A stretch of DNA of 64,000 bases from Fidelibacterota bacterium (GCA_018673925.1 JABHBL010000019.1:45960-109959), one strand, 5' to 3'; positions 9,928-20,322 are shown, counted from the stretch's first letter. The notes: generated from the sequence alone by a model not told the origin. Numbers and translations are program-made.

Positions 9928-11658
9928 TTGCGTTTTATTCTATATCAACGTTCTCAAAATTCTATTAAAATGTTTGCTATGGAAAATGGACTCAGAATAG
10001 CGCGCAATTTTTTGGGCCTGGTCATTAAATTGTCCATAATCCCCTGTGTTTTCTATATCTCACCTGGACTGATTCATGATCCAACTCCTGAAACTCTAAG
10101 TTCGCTTCTGGGAGGGATATTCATTCTACTTGGTCTATATGGGATGATGAGTTCTGATCTATTAATTCTAAGATTTGGAGATGGTAAACTTTACTTCTCT
10201 ACAAAAAGTTCACGTCTAGTGGATGTAGGGTTATATGCTAGAACGCGACAACCATTTTTTTGGTTTTTCTCGATCTACCAGTTTGGAATATTATTTGTAC
10301 TCACAGGTTTCGACGGGTGGGTTTTGCTGCTTTCTCTCAGTATTTCTTTGATTTACCTCCTTTGGCTTCTCCTGGTCCAGGAACCGCTCCTATCTAGGAC
10401 TTTGGGTAACTCATATCTTCAATACAGAAAAAATGTTCCCTTCTGGTATTGGAAATTTAAGATAGCCGAAAATCTCAAAATTAGTTTTCGCTCACAGTTT
10501 GTGTGGCTTATAGGTATGCTGATTATTCGGCCATGGTATAGAGTTAAAGTTGAGGGAGTTGATAATATTCCTCATAACAAACCCTTTCTAATCGTATCAA
10601 ACCATGAGTGCTATCTGGATCCATTCTTGTTTGCCATATTTGTACCCTATGAAATTAAATTTGTGACAACTGCTGATATCTTCACGACCCATTTGATGCG
10701 ATTTTTACTCAAGGGAACTGGTAGCTTTCCCATGCGCAGACATAAACAGGACTTAAAATCAATCCGCACCATGATTAGAATGATAAAAAAGGGTCAGGTT
10801 GTATGCATTTTCCCAGAGGGTGGCAGATCAACAGATGGTTCTCCCCTACCAATCCTTAAGGAAACCTTAAAATTAATCCAACACTGTAAGGTACCCATAT
10901 TACCAGTTCATCTGGATGGTGCCTATGAGATATGGCCCAGATGGGCGCCAAATCGCAGGCGCGGGAAGGTCACTGCCTCCTTCAAGCCCTTAATTCCACT
11001 AGAAACTCAATCGGATTTAAAAGATTTAGAGCACCAAATCAAAACCCAAATCTTTGCAGAGGAGAAAATCTTCCGTCCTGTGAAAAGTAGAGCAATTACC
11101 AGAGGCATGGAGCACTTACTATGGGCATGTTATAAGTGTCATACCCGCAATTCAATTGAGGTCATTTCAGGTCATAGTGTCAAGTGTAACCATTGCAATA
11201 CTGAGTGGCTGGTGGCAAATGATTATTCTTTGAAAACTTCCACAGAAAAAGAATCTATCTCCAGCATTCAATGGATTAATAAAATAGAAAATGATGTTTT
11301 AGAATATCCCCTTAATCTTGAGCATTCATTTGCCCTGGAAAATGGTGAATCAGTTCATCTCCACACCCCTATATTGAGATATACAAATGAGAAGACTGTG
11401 GTTGAGGGAAGTGATTTAAGTTTGACACTCTCAAATCAGAGAGTAGCACTATCTGATAAGCAAAAATTGATTCACTCATGGACTCTATCGAGCATCACGA
11501 TATTTACGATGGATTATTTCAATGCTGTTTCTATCGGTGTAGGGGGTGTCAGGCATAGCTTTAAACTTCCACCAGACGAGATCACTCTAAAATGGCAGAC
11601 TTATTTTGATATTCTTAAGGCTGAAAATCGAAAGAACGATGATAATTCTTTCCTATAA
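9928..11658 (+). CDS. tripartite fusion: ICMT/PEMT-like membrane methyltransferase domain + PlsC-type lysophospholipid acyltransferase + C-terminal zinc-ribbon domain
   Basis: N-term about 180 aa polytopic with LVDVGLYARTRQPFFW (cf. ICMT/PEMT LVT.G.Y...RHP.Y); middle has HX4D (SNHECYLD) and FPEGGRS acyltransferase motifs; C-term CYKCH...CNHC; TTG start (alternative ATG at 9970). Confidence 0.6.
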   Translation: MRFILYQRSQNSIKMFAMENGLRIARNFLGLVIKLSIIPCVFYISPGLIHDPTPETLSSLLGGIFILLGLYGMMSSDLLILRFGDGKLYFSTKSSRLVDVGLYARTRQPFFWFFSIYQFGILFVLTGFDGWVLLLSLSISLIYLLWLLLVQEPLLSRTLGNSYLQYRKNVPFWYWKFKIAENLKISFRSQFVWLIGMLIIRPWYRVKVEGVDNIPHNKPFLIVSNHECYLDPFLFAIFVPYEIKFVTTADIFTTHLMRFLLKGTGSFPMRRHKQDLKSIRTMIRMIKKGQVVCIFPEGGRSTDGSPLPILKETLKLIQHCKVPILPVHLDGAYEIWPRWAPNRRRGKVTASFKPLIPLETQSDLKDLEHQIKTQIFAEEKIFRPVKSRAITRGMEHLLWACYKCHTRNSIEVISGHSVKCNHCNTEWLVANDYSLKTSTEKESISSIQWINKIENDVLEYPLNLEHSFALENGESVHLHTPILRYTNEKTVVEGSDLSLTLSNQRVALSDKQKLIHSWTLSSITIFTMDYFNAVSIGVGGVRHSFKLPPDEITLKWQTYFDILKAENRKNDDNSFL

Positions 11659-11745
11659 TCCTCTCAGTTTTCAAATTAATTAGCACTTTCCCCCTTTTTA
11701 ATCTCCCTTATCTTTGCGGTCACATCAAGATAAGAAAGGGATATC

Positions 11746-13629
11746 GTGAGTAAGCCATTACCTGAAATCACCGTTAAAGCAGTTTTCCTCGGCATAATTC
11801 TATCCATGGTCCTGGCAGGCGCTAATGCCTATCTGGGTCTCTTCGCAGGTATGACAGCCTCTGCTTCAATTCCAGCTGCTGTTATCAGTATGGGTGTTTT
11901 AAGTTTATTCAAGAAGCACAATATTCTTGAGGACAATATCGTTCAAACAGCTGCATCGGCTGGTGAGTCACTGGCTGCTGGTGTCATCTTCACCATTCCT
12001 GCCTTACTACTCATGGGATATTGGGAAACCTTTGATTACCTGGAAATAGCCAAGATCGCCAGCGTGGGTGGATTAATTGGTGTCCTATTCACAATTCCTC
12101 TGCGTCGTGCCCTGATTGTAGAAGCAAAACTGACCTATCCTGAGGGAATTGCTACTGCAGCTGTGTTAGAAGCTGGAAATGCCAAGAGTAGCGGTGCTGA
12201 GGATGAGGTCCAGGGTGGTTTACGTTTGCTTACCCTGGCCAGTGTATCAGCAGCGTTGATGAAACTGGGGCAACAAGGCTTTGCCCTTTGGCATTCTGCC
12301 ATGGAGGGTGCAACTCATCTGGGTCGTTCCGTCTTTGGATTTGGAATGGATTTATCGCCTGCCTTGATTTCAGTCGGCTATATCGTTGGTAGAAATATCA
12401 GTATCCTGGTTTTTACCGGTGGACTCATATCCTGGTTCTTCGCTATTCCCATTTACACTGCAGTTTATGGATACGAAGGGGATGCTCTGGATGCAGCAAA
12501 TACTATTTGGGATACAAAAATCAGGTATCTGGGTGTGGGTGCCATGGTTGTAGGCGGTATTTGGTCCTTGATTAAACTTTTCAAACCACTCATGATTGGG
12601 ATACAAGCGAGTTTAAAAGCATACAGTAAAGTTCAGAGTGGTGAAGAGCTAAAACGTGAAGAAAATGACATTCCCATTAAGTATGTGGCCATTGCTCTGC
12701 TGGTTCTCATGATCCCCGTCTTTATGATTTATAATGATATCCTGCCAACACCTCAATTGGCCATTTTAATCACCATTATTATGATGGTCTTTGGATTCTT
12801 CTTTTCAGCCGTAGCCGCTTATATGGCTGGAGTTGTCGGCTCTTCAAATAACCCAATTTCGGGGGTTACTGTGGCCACAGTATTATTCGCATCACTCCTG
12901 CTCCTGGCCATCCTCGGATCTGGATCGCTGCAAGGTGCGGCTGCTGCCATCATGGTAGGCGCCGTAGTATGTAATGCGGCTGCCATTGGCGGTGATAACC
13001 TCCAGGATTTAAAAACTGGACATCTGGTTGGAGCAACACCCTGGAAGCAGCAGGTCATGCAGGTGATTGGTGTCTTAAGCGCTGCCATCGTGCTTGGCGT
13101 TGTACTCGATATTTTACACACAGCTTACACTATCGGTTCGCCCACCTTATCTGCACCTCAGGCCACTTTAATGAAAGCTGTGGCAGAAGGTGTTTTCCAG
13201 GGGAACCTGCCCTGGGACATGGTCATTATGGGTGCCATCATTGGTGTTATTATCATTGCTCTTGATATTCGTCAGGAACGCAATGGATCTGATTTTAGAA
13301 TACCAATCCTGGCCGTGGCAGTTGGTATTTACCTACCCATTTCTTTGACCACTCCCATTTTTATTGGTGGAATGTTGGCTCATTTTGGTGACAAAATGGG
13401 TGCAACCGACTCTACCAGGAAGAAGGGTTTACTATTAGCAGCAGGAATGATTACCGGCGAAGCTATCATGGGAATTCTGGTGGCATTGCCAATTTTCCTC
13501 ACTGCAGATAAAGATTGGTGGCCTAACTATGATGGTTTTGGCTGGCTGGGACCTATTCTGGTAGTGGCCATTGCCATTTGGTTCATCACCACATTGAAAG
13601 CTGATAGAACTCAAGTCGGAGAAAATTGA
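11746..13629 (+). CDS. OPT-family oligopeptide transporter
   Basis: 627 aa, about 16 TM; N-terminus and Gly-rich helices typical of the OPT superfamily. Confidence 0.85.
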   Translation: MSKPLPEITVKAVFLGIILSMVLAGANAYLGLFAGMTASASIPAAVISMGVLSLFKKHNILEDNIVQTAASAGESLAAGVIFTIPALLLMGYWETFDYLEIAKIASVGGLIGVLFTIPLRRALIVEAKLTYPEGIATAAVLEAGNAKSSGAEDEVQGGLRLLTLASVSAALMKLGQQGFALWHSAMEGATHLGRSVFGFGMDLSPALISVGYIVGRNISILVFTGGLISWFFAIPIYTAVYGYEGDALDAANTIWDTKIRYLGVGAMVVGGIWSLIKLFKPLMIGIQASLKAYSKVQSGEELKREENDIPIKYVAIALLVLMIPVFMIYNDILPTPQLAILITIIMMVFGFFFSAVAAYMAGVVGSSNNPISGVTVATVLFASLLLLAILGSGSLQGAAAAIMVGAVVCNAAAIGGDNLQDLKTGHLVGATPWKQQVMQVIGVLSAAIVLGVVLDILHTAYTIGSPTLSAPQATLMKAVAEGVFQGNLPWDMVIMGAIIGVIIIALDIRQERNGSDFRIPILAVAVGIYLPISLTTPIFIGGMLAHFGDKMGATDSTRKKGLLLAAGMITGEAIMGILVALPIFLTADKDWWPNYDGFGWLGPILVVAIAIWFITTLKADRTQVGEN

Positions 13630-14684
13630 TGAAACCGGTTCGCAGAGATTTTTTAATAGAACTTCCCAAGCCTGAACTCCACTGTCATCTCGATGGATCT
13701 TTACGTTTGGAGACCATGCTGGATCTGGCTCAGAAGGATAAGATTGAATTACCAGCCAAAGATGTAGATGGACTCAGAAAAGCAGTAGTCGTGCAAAAAC
13801 GAGTAAAAAACCTGGAAGAGTACATTGAAAAGTTTCAATTTACCCTGGCCGTACTCCAAACTCCTGAAGCCCTGCAACGCGCAGCATTTGAACTGGCTGA
13901 AGATGCTGCAGCTGAAAATGTTCGCCATCTGGAGGTTCGATACTCCCCCATTCTCCACAAGGACAAGGGCATGACCCCCATGGAATCGCTGGATGCGGTT
14001 ATCAAAGGTCTTCGGGAAGCAGAACATGAATTCAATATCAGTACTGGGGTCATTATTTGTGGGATCCGAAATTTTTCTATAGAATCCTCCATTGAACTTG
14101 CTGAGCTAGCCATTGCGTATAAGTACAGAGGCGTTATTGGTTATGATCTGGCCGGGGCTGAAGAAAATTTTCCTGCCAAGGATCATTTAGAAGCCTTCTA
14201 TCTCATCCGAAACAACAACGTCAATGTGACGCTACATGCTGGTGAAGCCTATGGTCCACAGTCCATTCATCAGGCCATACACTACTGTGGTGCAAACCGA
14301 ATTGGCCACGGAACCCGTCTCAGGGAGGATGGTGATCTCATGAATTACATCAATGATCACCGCATTTGTCTCGAAGTTTGTCTGACTTCCAATTCTCAAA
14401 CCGGAAGCATTGGCAAAATGAGCAATCATCCCCTCAAGTTTTATCATGATTATGGATTGAGATTAAGTCTAAATACGGACAACCGACTCATCAGCGGGGT
14501 CACTCTAGTTGATGAGTATATGCTGGCCTATGAAACTTTTAATTTCAACATGCTAGATTTTAAGGATTTTATCATTAGTGGGTTTAAAAGTGCCTTCCTA
14601 GAGCATCGTGAACGCACAAAATTGATCAAAGAAGTTGCCCATCAGATAGATGATTATCTAGGTATGGGTGCTCATAAATACTGA
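13626..14684 (+). CDS. add: adenosine deaminase
   Basis: PELHCHLDGSLR metal-binding motif, SLNTDN; start overlaps the OPT stop (ATGA). Confidence 0.9.
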   Translation: MMKPVRRDFLIELPKPELHCHLDGSLRLETMLDLAQKDKIELPAKDVDGLRKAVVVQKRVKNLEEYIEKFQFTLAVLQTPEALQRAAFELAEDAAAENVRHLEVRYSPILHKDKGMTPMESLDAVIKGLREAEHEFNISTGVIICGIRNFSIESSIELAELAIAYKYRGVIGYDLAGAEENFPAKDHLEAFYLIRNNNVNVTLHAGEAYGPQSIHQAIHYCGANRIGHGTRLREDGDLMNYINDHRICLEVCLTSNSQTGSIGKMSNHPLKFYHDYGLRLSLNTDNRLISGVTLVDEYMLAYETFNFNMLDFKDFIISGFKSAFLEHRERTKLIKEVAHQIDDYLGMGAHKY

Positions 14685-14695
14685 TCAACCCAGTT

Positions 14696-14887
14696 TTATT
14701 TTTTATTTCTAAGCAATCCTAGTGAAGGATTATCAGGTATATCCGTGTGGCAGGAAGAATTGCAGCCACCGCAGCTAATTGACTCACTTTTAGGAGTCTT
14801 CCCCAGATTATAGAAATACTTCACTGTATACCAGAAGGCGATGGCGACAGCAAGGATCACCAGCAGGATATCAATTAACTGAGCCAA
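14696..14887 (-). CDS. FeoB-associated Cys-rich small membrane protein
   Basis: 63 aa; one TM then CGGCNSSCH; directly downstream of feoB (overlapping). Confidence 0.6.
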   Translation of the reverse strand: MAQLIDILLVILAVAIAFWYTVKYFYNLGKTPKSESISCGGCNSSCHTDIPDNPSLGLLRNKK

Positions 14888-17148
14888 TTAAACATCCTCC
14901 CAAAGTAGCTTACAGCAAAAGCTAAAGAGTAAGCAAGCCCTAGTGAATAGGCGATTGAAAATAAGGTATAAGCCCAGGTGCCCGTTTCCCGCCTAATGGC
15001 TGCCACCGTAGCCAAACATGGCGTGTAAAGTAAAGTGAAGACCAGGAAGCTTAATGCCACCAAAGGGGTCATCCCTGAAGACCTTAATCCACTGATAACA
15101 CCCTGACTTCCTTCATCGACATCCTCACCAACGCCAAACAGGACACCATAGGTTGAAACAACAATTTCTTTAGCGACAAAACCTGTGATAAGTGCCACGC
15201 TTTCTCGCCAGGTAAATCCAAGAGGTCTTACGATGGGTTCAAAAATTTTCCCCACGCGTCCAATCCATTTTTGCTCTGTTATATCTCCTATCTCCTGCTG
15301 ACGGAGACTAGAGAGCTGTTGGTTCTTCTCGCTGCTTAATTCTTTCTTCAATAGCTGATACTGCTCAAGAAGTTCCAGATAGCTGGAGCTGGATTCATAG
15401 ACTATCATCTCTGAGTGGTACCCTGAACGATCCTGATCGACAGATTTTTTAAATTTTGATTCCAGGGCTATAAATTGAGAGTCGTACTCTAGTGTCAGAG
15501 TGGTTCGTTCGCTTCCATAATCCCTATCCAGTTCAACCTCAGTTGGGAAATACCCCAGAACCCAGATGATGACTGATCCAACCAGGATAACGGTCCCCAT
15601 TTTCTGGATAAAAAGATAACCACGCTCCCAGGTATGCAGAACAAGTGAACGCAAGGTAGGACGTTGGTATGGGGGTAACTCCAGGACAAATGGTTTGGAC
15701 ATACCCTTCAAAATGGTTCGGCTAAAAAGCTTACCACTTCCAATAGCGGCAACAATACCTAGGATATACATTGAAAATATTACTGTTGCGGCATTTTCAG
15801 GAAAAAAGGCACCAGCTACGAGAACGTATACAGGTAAACGGGCGGAACAACTCATAAAGGGGTTTATGAGAACTGTGAGAATTCTATCTCGGCGTGATTC
15901 CAGAATACGGGTCCCCATTATTGCCGGTACATTACAGCCAAACCCCATAATCATAGGAATGAAGGCTTTTCCATGAAGACCAATATTGTGCATGACCCGG
16001 TCCATGATAAAGGCTACTCTGGCCATGTATCCTGAGTCTTCCAGCACGGCAATAATTAAGAATAAAATAAAAATATTGGGTAAAAATACTGCAATGGCCC
16101 CCACACCGCCGATGACGCCATCCACCAATAAACTGGCAAACATACTGTCAGGTAACAAGTCTGAGATAAAATTCATAAGAGCGACAAGACCCCTATCAAT
16201 CCAATCCATGGGTATCGAGCCTATGTCATAAGTCAGTTTAAACATAAGCCACATGAAAAGACCAAATATTGGCAAACCCAACCAACGATTTGTGAGGACT
16301 CGATCTATCTGGCGACTATAGTCCACAGAATCTACCAGACTTTCAACAACACATTCACGCATAGCACCTTGAATAAAACCGTACCTGGCACTGGATATGA
16401 TGGCGCGACCGGTATCCTTGAATAATCCCTCAATCCTGCCAACGGAGATCTTGGCCTGGTCAAGTATATCTGTTCCATTGCTATGGAGCCGAACTTCATC
16501 ACGAGTTTGCTTGTCTGATTCTAACAGTTTGATACTGGTCCATCGACTATGCTTGTCAGTGACATCATTCACTTGAATGAGTTGATGGAGTTTATCAATT
16601 TCTATTTCAAGATCTCTGGGATAGCAAATATCAATTAAACGCGCTTTCATTGAAATTTCGGTGCTCACACGTAAGATCTTCTCCTTAAGAAGATCAATAC
16701 CCTCGCCAGTGCGCCCAACTACAGGAACTACGGGGGCACCTAAAAGGGTAGCCAGGGTATCCACATCAATTTGTAGCCCCTTTTCATTGGCCATATCCAT
16801 CATATTGAGAACCAGGACCAGAGGCTTCCCCAATTCTATGAGTTGAGTGGTAAGAAAGAGGTTTCGCTCAAGGTTTGAGGCATCAATAATATTTACTACG
16901 ACATCAGCCTCATCATTTTCCAGGTACTGGCGAACAACTGTTTCCTCGGCAGAAAAGGCGGCTAATGAGTAAGTGCCAGGGAGATCAATAACGTCAAATT
17001 TGTGGTCTGATTGATTGTAGTGTCCTGATTTTTTCTCAACAGTTACTCCAGGCCAATTTCCCACCCGCTGCTTTGCACCAGTCAGGGCATTAAATATGGT
17101 GGTTTTACCACAATTGGGATTTCCAGCGACTGCGATGTTAAAATTCAT
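14875..17148 (-). CDS. feoB: ferrous iron transport protein B
   Basis: 757 aa; N-terminal G-domain IAVAGNPNCGKTTIFNALTG; polytopic C-terminal gate domain. Confidence 0.9.
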   Translation of the reverse strand: MNFNIAVAGNPNCGKTTIFNALTGAKQRVGNWPGVTVEKKSGHYNQSDHKFDVIDLPGTYSLAAFSAEETVVRQYLENDEADVVVNIIDASNLERNLFLTTQLIELGKPLVLVLNMMDMANEKGLQIDVDTLATLLGAPVVPVVGRTGEGIDLLKEKILRVSTEISMKARLIDICYPRDLEIEIDKLHQLIQVNDVTDKHSRWTSIKLLESDKQTRDEVRLHSNGTDILDQAKISVGRIEGLFKDTGRAIISSARYGFIQGAMRECVVESLVDSVDYSRQIDRVLTNRWLGLPIFGLFMWLMFKLTYDIGSIPMDWIDRGLVALMNFISDLLPDSMFASLLVDGVIGGVGAIAVFLPNIFILFLIIAVLEDSGYMARVAFIMDRVMHNIGLHGKAFIPMIMGFGCNVPAIMGTRILESRRDRILTVLINPFMSCSARLPVYVLVAGAFFPENAATVIFSMYILGIVAAIGSGKLFSRTILKGMSKPFVLELPPYQRPTLRSLVLHTWERGYLFIQKMGTVILVGSVIIWVLGYFPTEVELDRDYGSERTTLTLEYDSQFIALESKFKKSVDQDRSGYHSEMIVYESSSSYLELLEQYQLLKKELSSEKNQQLSSLRQQEIGDITEQKWIGRVGKIFEPIVRPLGFTWRESVALITGFVAKEIVVSTYGVLFGVGEDVDEGSQGVISGLRSSGMTPLVALSFLVFTLLYTPCLATVAAIRRETGTWAYTLFSIAYSLGLAYSLAFAVSYFGRMFNWLS

Positions 17149-17149
17149 C

Positions 17150-17431
17150 TTAGACTATGCGCTCCACAGCGATTTTTTCCGCATCCATCCCCCGTAAGGA
17201 TAGGTGATAACCTTTTACAATAAGTTCCATCGGATCCCTGAGGGGGGCATATTTATCCACACATATTTCTGCATCACGTGTAAGACCCATCTCAATCAGT
17301 CGATGACGAAAATTCTCACTTCCCCCAATTTCGGTGATGCGACCTTTTTCACCCGGCTTTAAATCACTGAGACGTAAATCATTTTCATCAGATATATGAA
17401 GCTTATGACGTGGTCTTTTAAAATTAAACAT
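17150..17431 (-). CDS. feoA: ferrous iron transport protein A
   Basis: 93 aa FeoA SH3-like domain (LSDLKPGEKGRITEI...RLIEMGL). Confidence 0.8.
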   Translation of the reverse strand: MFNFKRPRHKLHISDENDLRLSDLKPGEKGRITEIGGSENFRHRLIEMGLTRDAEICVDKYAPLRDPMELIVKGYHLSLRGMDAEKIAVERIV

Positions 17432-17479
17432 TGGATGTTTCCATCATTTCAACAGGTACTCTTTGGGATAGACTCGCAT

Positions 17480-17920
17480 CTACTGGGGTTTCTTACAATC
17501 AGAACAGATTCCAAAAATGTGCATGGTATGAGTCGAGGGAGTGAAATCATTTTCTTCACAAACTGATAGCTGTTGGGCTTCCATTTCCAGATTAAAGAAT
17601 TCGATGACCTTGCCACATTCCTCACATATGAGATGATCATGGTGTTCATCTTCGCCCTTACTTCGCTCAAAGCGCATCCGACCGTCTCCAAAATCCAATC
17701 GGGTAACCAGATCCTGCTCTGCTAGAGCTTCAAGGGAGCGATACACAGTTGCCCGGCTCACATTTTTTTGCTTCTTGAGCAACTCCAGGTAAATCTCTTC
17801 GGCATCAAAATGCTCATGGGTTGCATCTAATAATTTTAAAAGAGCAATTCGTTGAGTTGTTGCCTTTAGTTCATGCTCTCTGAGCACTTGTTTTAGTTGT
17901 TGATTTTCTGCTGCAGACAT
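17480..17920 (-). CDS. fur: ferric uptake regulator Fur
   Basis: KATTQRIALLKLL...ATVYRSLEALAEQDLV...EHHDHLICEECGKVIEF; start set at Met15 preceded by AGGAG (ORF track start 17962). Confidence 0.85.
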   Translation of the reverse strand: MSAAENQQLKQVLREHELKATTQRIALLKLLDATHEHFDAEEIYLELLKKQKNVSRATVYRSLEALAEQDLVTRLDFGDGRMRFERSKGEDEHHDHLICEECGKVIEFFNLEMEAQQLSVCEENDFTPSTHTMHIFGICSDCKKPQ

Positions 17921-17959
17921 AATCTCTTCTCCTCTCATTTTAAAAATAAGAATGAATCT

Positions 17960-18030
17960 CATCTACGCAAGTGCAAATAAGTCTCATTTAAATTAAGAAT
18001 CTATTAGATGAGAACTCTGTGGGGTGTTGC
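17960..18030 (-). promoter_or_regulatory. candidate Fur/metalloregulator operator upstream of the fur-feoAB operon (TCTCAT/ATGAGA repeats)
   Basis: three copies of TCTCAT within 60 bp including inverted pair TCTCAT-N20-ATGAGA; partial (11/19) match to the Fur box GATAATGATAATCATTATC on the transcribed strand. Confidence 0.25.
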
Positions 18031-18093
18031 TCCCCCAAAAGTTGGAAATGAAAGGGTGTATTGCTTACTTCAGGATATGCAGGTATTCAAGAA

Positions 18094-20322
18094 TCAATCT
18101 GTAACATCAAGATTAGCAAACTTGGCAATCAACTTCTTTTTGACGTTACCCTGGAACATGACCGTGACTTTAGCCTCTGGACCAGCTCCCTCAACTGTGA
18201 GTATTTTGCCTTTCCCAAAGATTTTGTGGCCTACTTGCATGCCAGCCACATAAACCCCAGGCTCATGTTGATTGAGGGTACCCATTGCCCGACGCATACC
18301 AGTTGTCTGTTTTGGCGCAGGCTTTGTGGGTTTGGTTCGAGTCACTTTTACTCCAGGTTTTTTGCGATAGTCCTCGCGGGTAAAATCGCTGATACTTCTT
18401 GTTGAATAATCTAATAAATGAGCTGGTATTTCTTCGAGGAATCGCGAAGGACGGCTATACATCGTCTCTCCATATCGCTGCCTCATTTGAGCACCACTTA
18501 AATATGCACGTTCCATGGCTCGTGTCAAGCCTACATAAAAAAGTCTTCGCTCTTCTTCAAGAGCCTCATTATCGTCAATTGAACGCTGTAATGGGAAGAG
18601 TCCATCTTCCATTCCAGTCAAAAACACAACTGGAAATTCAAGCCCTTTTGCGCTGTGCAGGGTCATCAATGTGACCTGTTGCTTATCCTGATTAAACTTG
18701 TCAATATCGGTAAGTAGAGCGACCTCTTCCATATAACCCGTCAAATTGGGCTCTTCAGCTCTCTGAGCATATTCAGACACTGCTGAGAGTAATTCGTAAA
18801 TATTATCCACACGAACTTCACTCTCTGCAGTTCCCTCTGCTTTGTACTGGTTGACAAAACCGAGTTCGTCAACAAAGACGCGAGCCCACTCCTCCAGATT
18901 CAACTCATTGAGTAGGCTTGAATATTTTCCAATCAACTGCACAAACTCGATGACCTTATTAAAAGCCCGCGAGGTTAAGCCGTATTCCTGAGCACGGGTG
19001 GCAGCGCTAAAAAGGGAAATGCCCTGATCAATGGCAAAGGCATTGATGGCATCCTGACTGGTCTTCCCTATTCCCCTCGTAGGTTTATTAATTATCCGCA
19101 TGAAACTGATGTTGTCCAAGGGATTTACAATAAGTCTGAAATACCCCAGGACATCTTTTACTTCCATACGATCATAAAATTTGGTGCCGCCGATAATCTG
19201 GTACGGTACACCATTCCGCCGTAATACATCTTCAAGTGGTCGGGATTGGGCATTTGTGCGATAGAGTAATGCTACATCCTGGAAGCCATGTTTATTGCGA
19301 CGACAAACTGACTGGATCTCATCCACAATGAGACGGCCTTCATCCAATTCGTTCCGCCCTTCAAGCACCTTGATGATGTCGCCATCGGCACTTTCAGTAA
19401 ATAATTCCTTGGCGGCTCGCTTTTCATTGAGTTTGACTACGGCAGATGCTGCAGCCAGAATAGTTTTAGTGGATCGGTAGTTCTGTTCAAGCTTAAATAT
19501 CTTTGCCCCTGGAAAATGCTGCTGAAAATCCAGAATGTTTCCAATATCAGCTCCACGCCAGCCATAAATGGATTGATCGTCATCTCCCACCACACACAAA
19601 TTCTTATGCTCGTGGCTCAACGCTTCCACAAACTGGAATTGAGCCTTGTTGGTGTCCTGGTACTCATCCACCATTATAAATCTGAATTGATCCTGATATT
19701 TTTTCAAGATATGCGGGTTCTTTTCAAAGAGTTCCAGAGGTTTTAACAGGAGATCATCAAAATCCATGGCACTGCTATTTTTGAGCTCCGATTGATAAAT
19801 CCCATAAATCTTGGCCACGGTATCATCAAAGGTGGACATCGCAAGATCAGTTGCCTCAGCCGGAAATATCATCTGAGACTTGAATTGCTTAATATTATAA
19901 AACACGGAGTTAGGTTTGATGACATCGATTGATATTTGAAGGTCCTTCATGATCTTCTTGACAACTTTTTGGCCATCTTCATCATCATAGATACTAAAAC
20001 TTTGCTCATAGCCGATATAGAGTGCTTCACGTCTGAGTATTCGAGCACAAATGGAATGGAAGGTTCCCATATTGACATGAGATCGATCCGCTCCCAGTAT
20101 GCGTTTGATACGTTCACGCATTTCTCCAGCGGCTTTATTGGTGAAGGTGACAGACAGAATTTCATGGGGCTGGGCAGTCCCACTATAAATCATATTTGCT
20201 ATCCGATGGGTTAATACACGGGTCTTTCCACTACCGGCGCCGGCGAAAATAAGAACCGGTCCTTCCAGGGCTTCAACTGCAGCTTGTTGTTGAGGATTTA
20301 GTCCAGCCAGGACATTGTTCAT
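18094..20322 (-). CDS. pcrA: ATP-dependent DNA helicase PcrA/UvrD family
   Basis: 742 aa SF1 helicase; GLNPQQQAAVE...AGAGSGKTRVL, DEYQDTN. Confidence 0.85.
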   Translation of the reverse strand: MNNVLAGLNPQQQAAVEALEGPVLIFAGAGSGKTRVLTHRIANMIYSGTAQPHEILSVTFTNKAAGEMRERIKRILGADRSHVNMGTFHSICARILRREALYIGYEQSFSIYDDEDGQKVVKKIMKDLQISIDVIKPNSVFYNIKQFKSQMIFPAEATDLAMSTFDDTVAKIYGIYQSELKNSSAMDFDDLLLKPLELFEKNPHILKKYQDQFRFIMVDEYQDTNKAQFQFVEALSHEHKNLCVVGDDDQSIYGWRGADIGNILDFQQHFPGAKIFKLEQNYRSTKTILAAASAVVKLNEKRAAKELFTESADGDIIKVLEGRNELDEGRLIVDEIQSVCRRNKHGFQDVALLYRTNAQSRPLEDVLRRNGVPYQIIGGTKFYDRMEVKDVLGYFRLIVNPLDNISFMRIINKPTRGIGKTSQDAINAFAIDQGISLFSAATRAQEYGLTSRAFNKVIEFVQLIGKYSSLLNELNLEEWARVFVDELGFVNQYKAEGTAESEVRVDNIYELLSAVSEYAQRAEEPNLTGYMEEVALLTDIDKFNQDKQQVTLMTLHSAKGLEFPVVFLTGMEDGLFPLQRSIDDNEALEEERRLFYVGLTRAMERAYLSGAQMRQRYGETMYSRPSRFLEEIPAHLLDYSTRSISDFTREDYRKKPGVKVTRTKPTKPAPKQTTGMRRAMGTLNQHEPGVYVAGMQVGHKIFGKGKILTVEGAGPEAKVTVMFQGNVKKKLIAKFANLDVTD

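Noticed and set aside
15495-16846. Several 60-90 aa ORFs on both strands within feoB
   Set aside because: Embedded in a high-confidence feoB CDS; typical shadow ORFs.
18008-18674. ORFs 18008-18253, 18061-18405, 18399-18674 (+) opposite the pcrA 3' region
   Set aside because: Antisense to a conserved SF1 helicase domain; no RBS or motifs.
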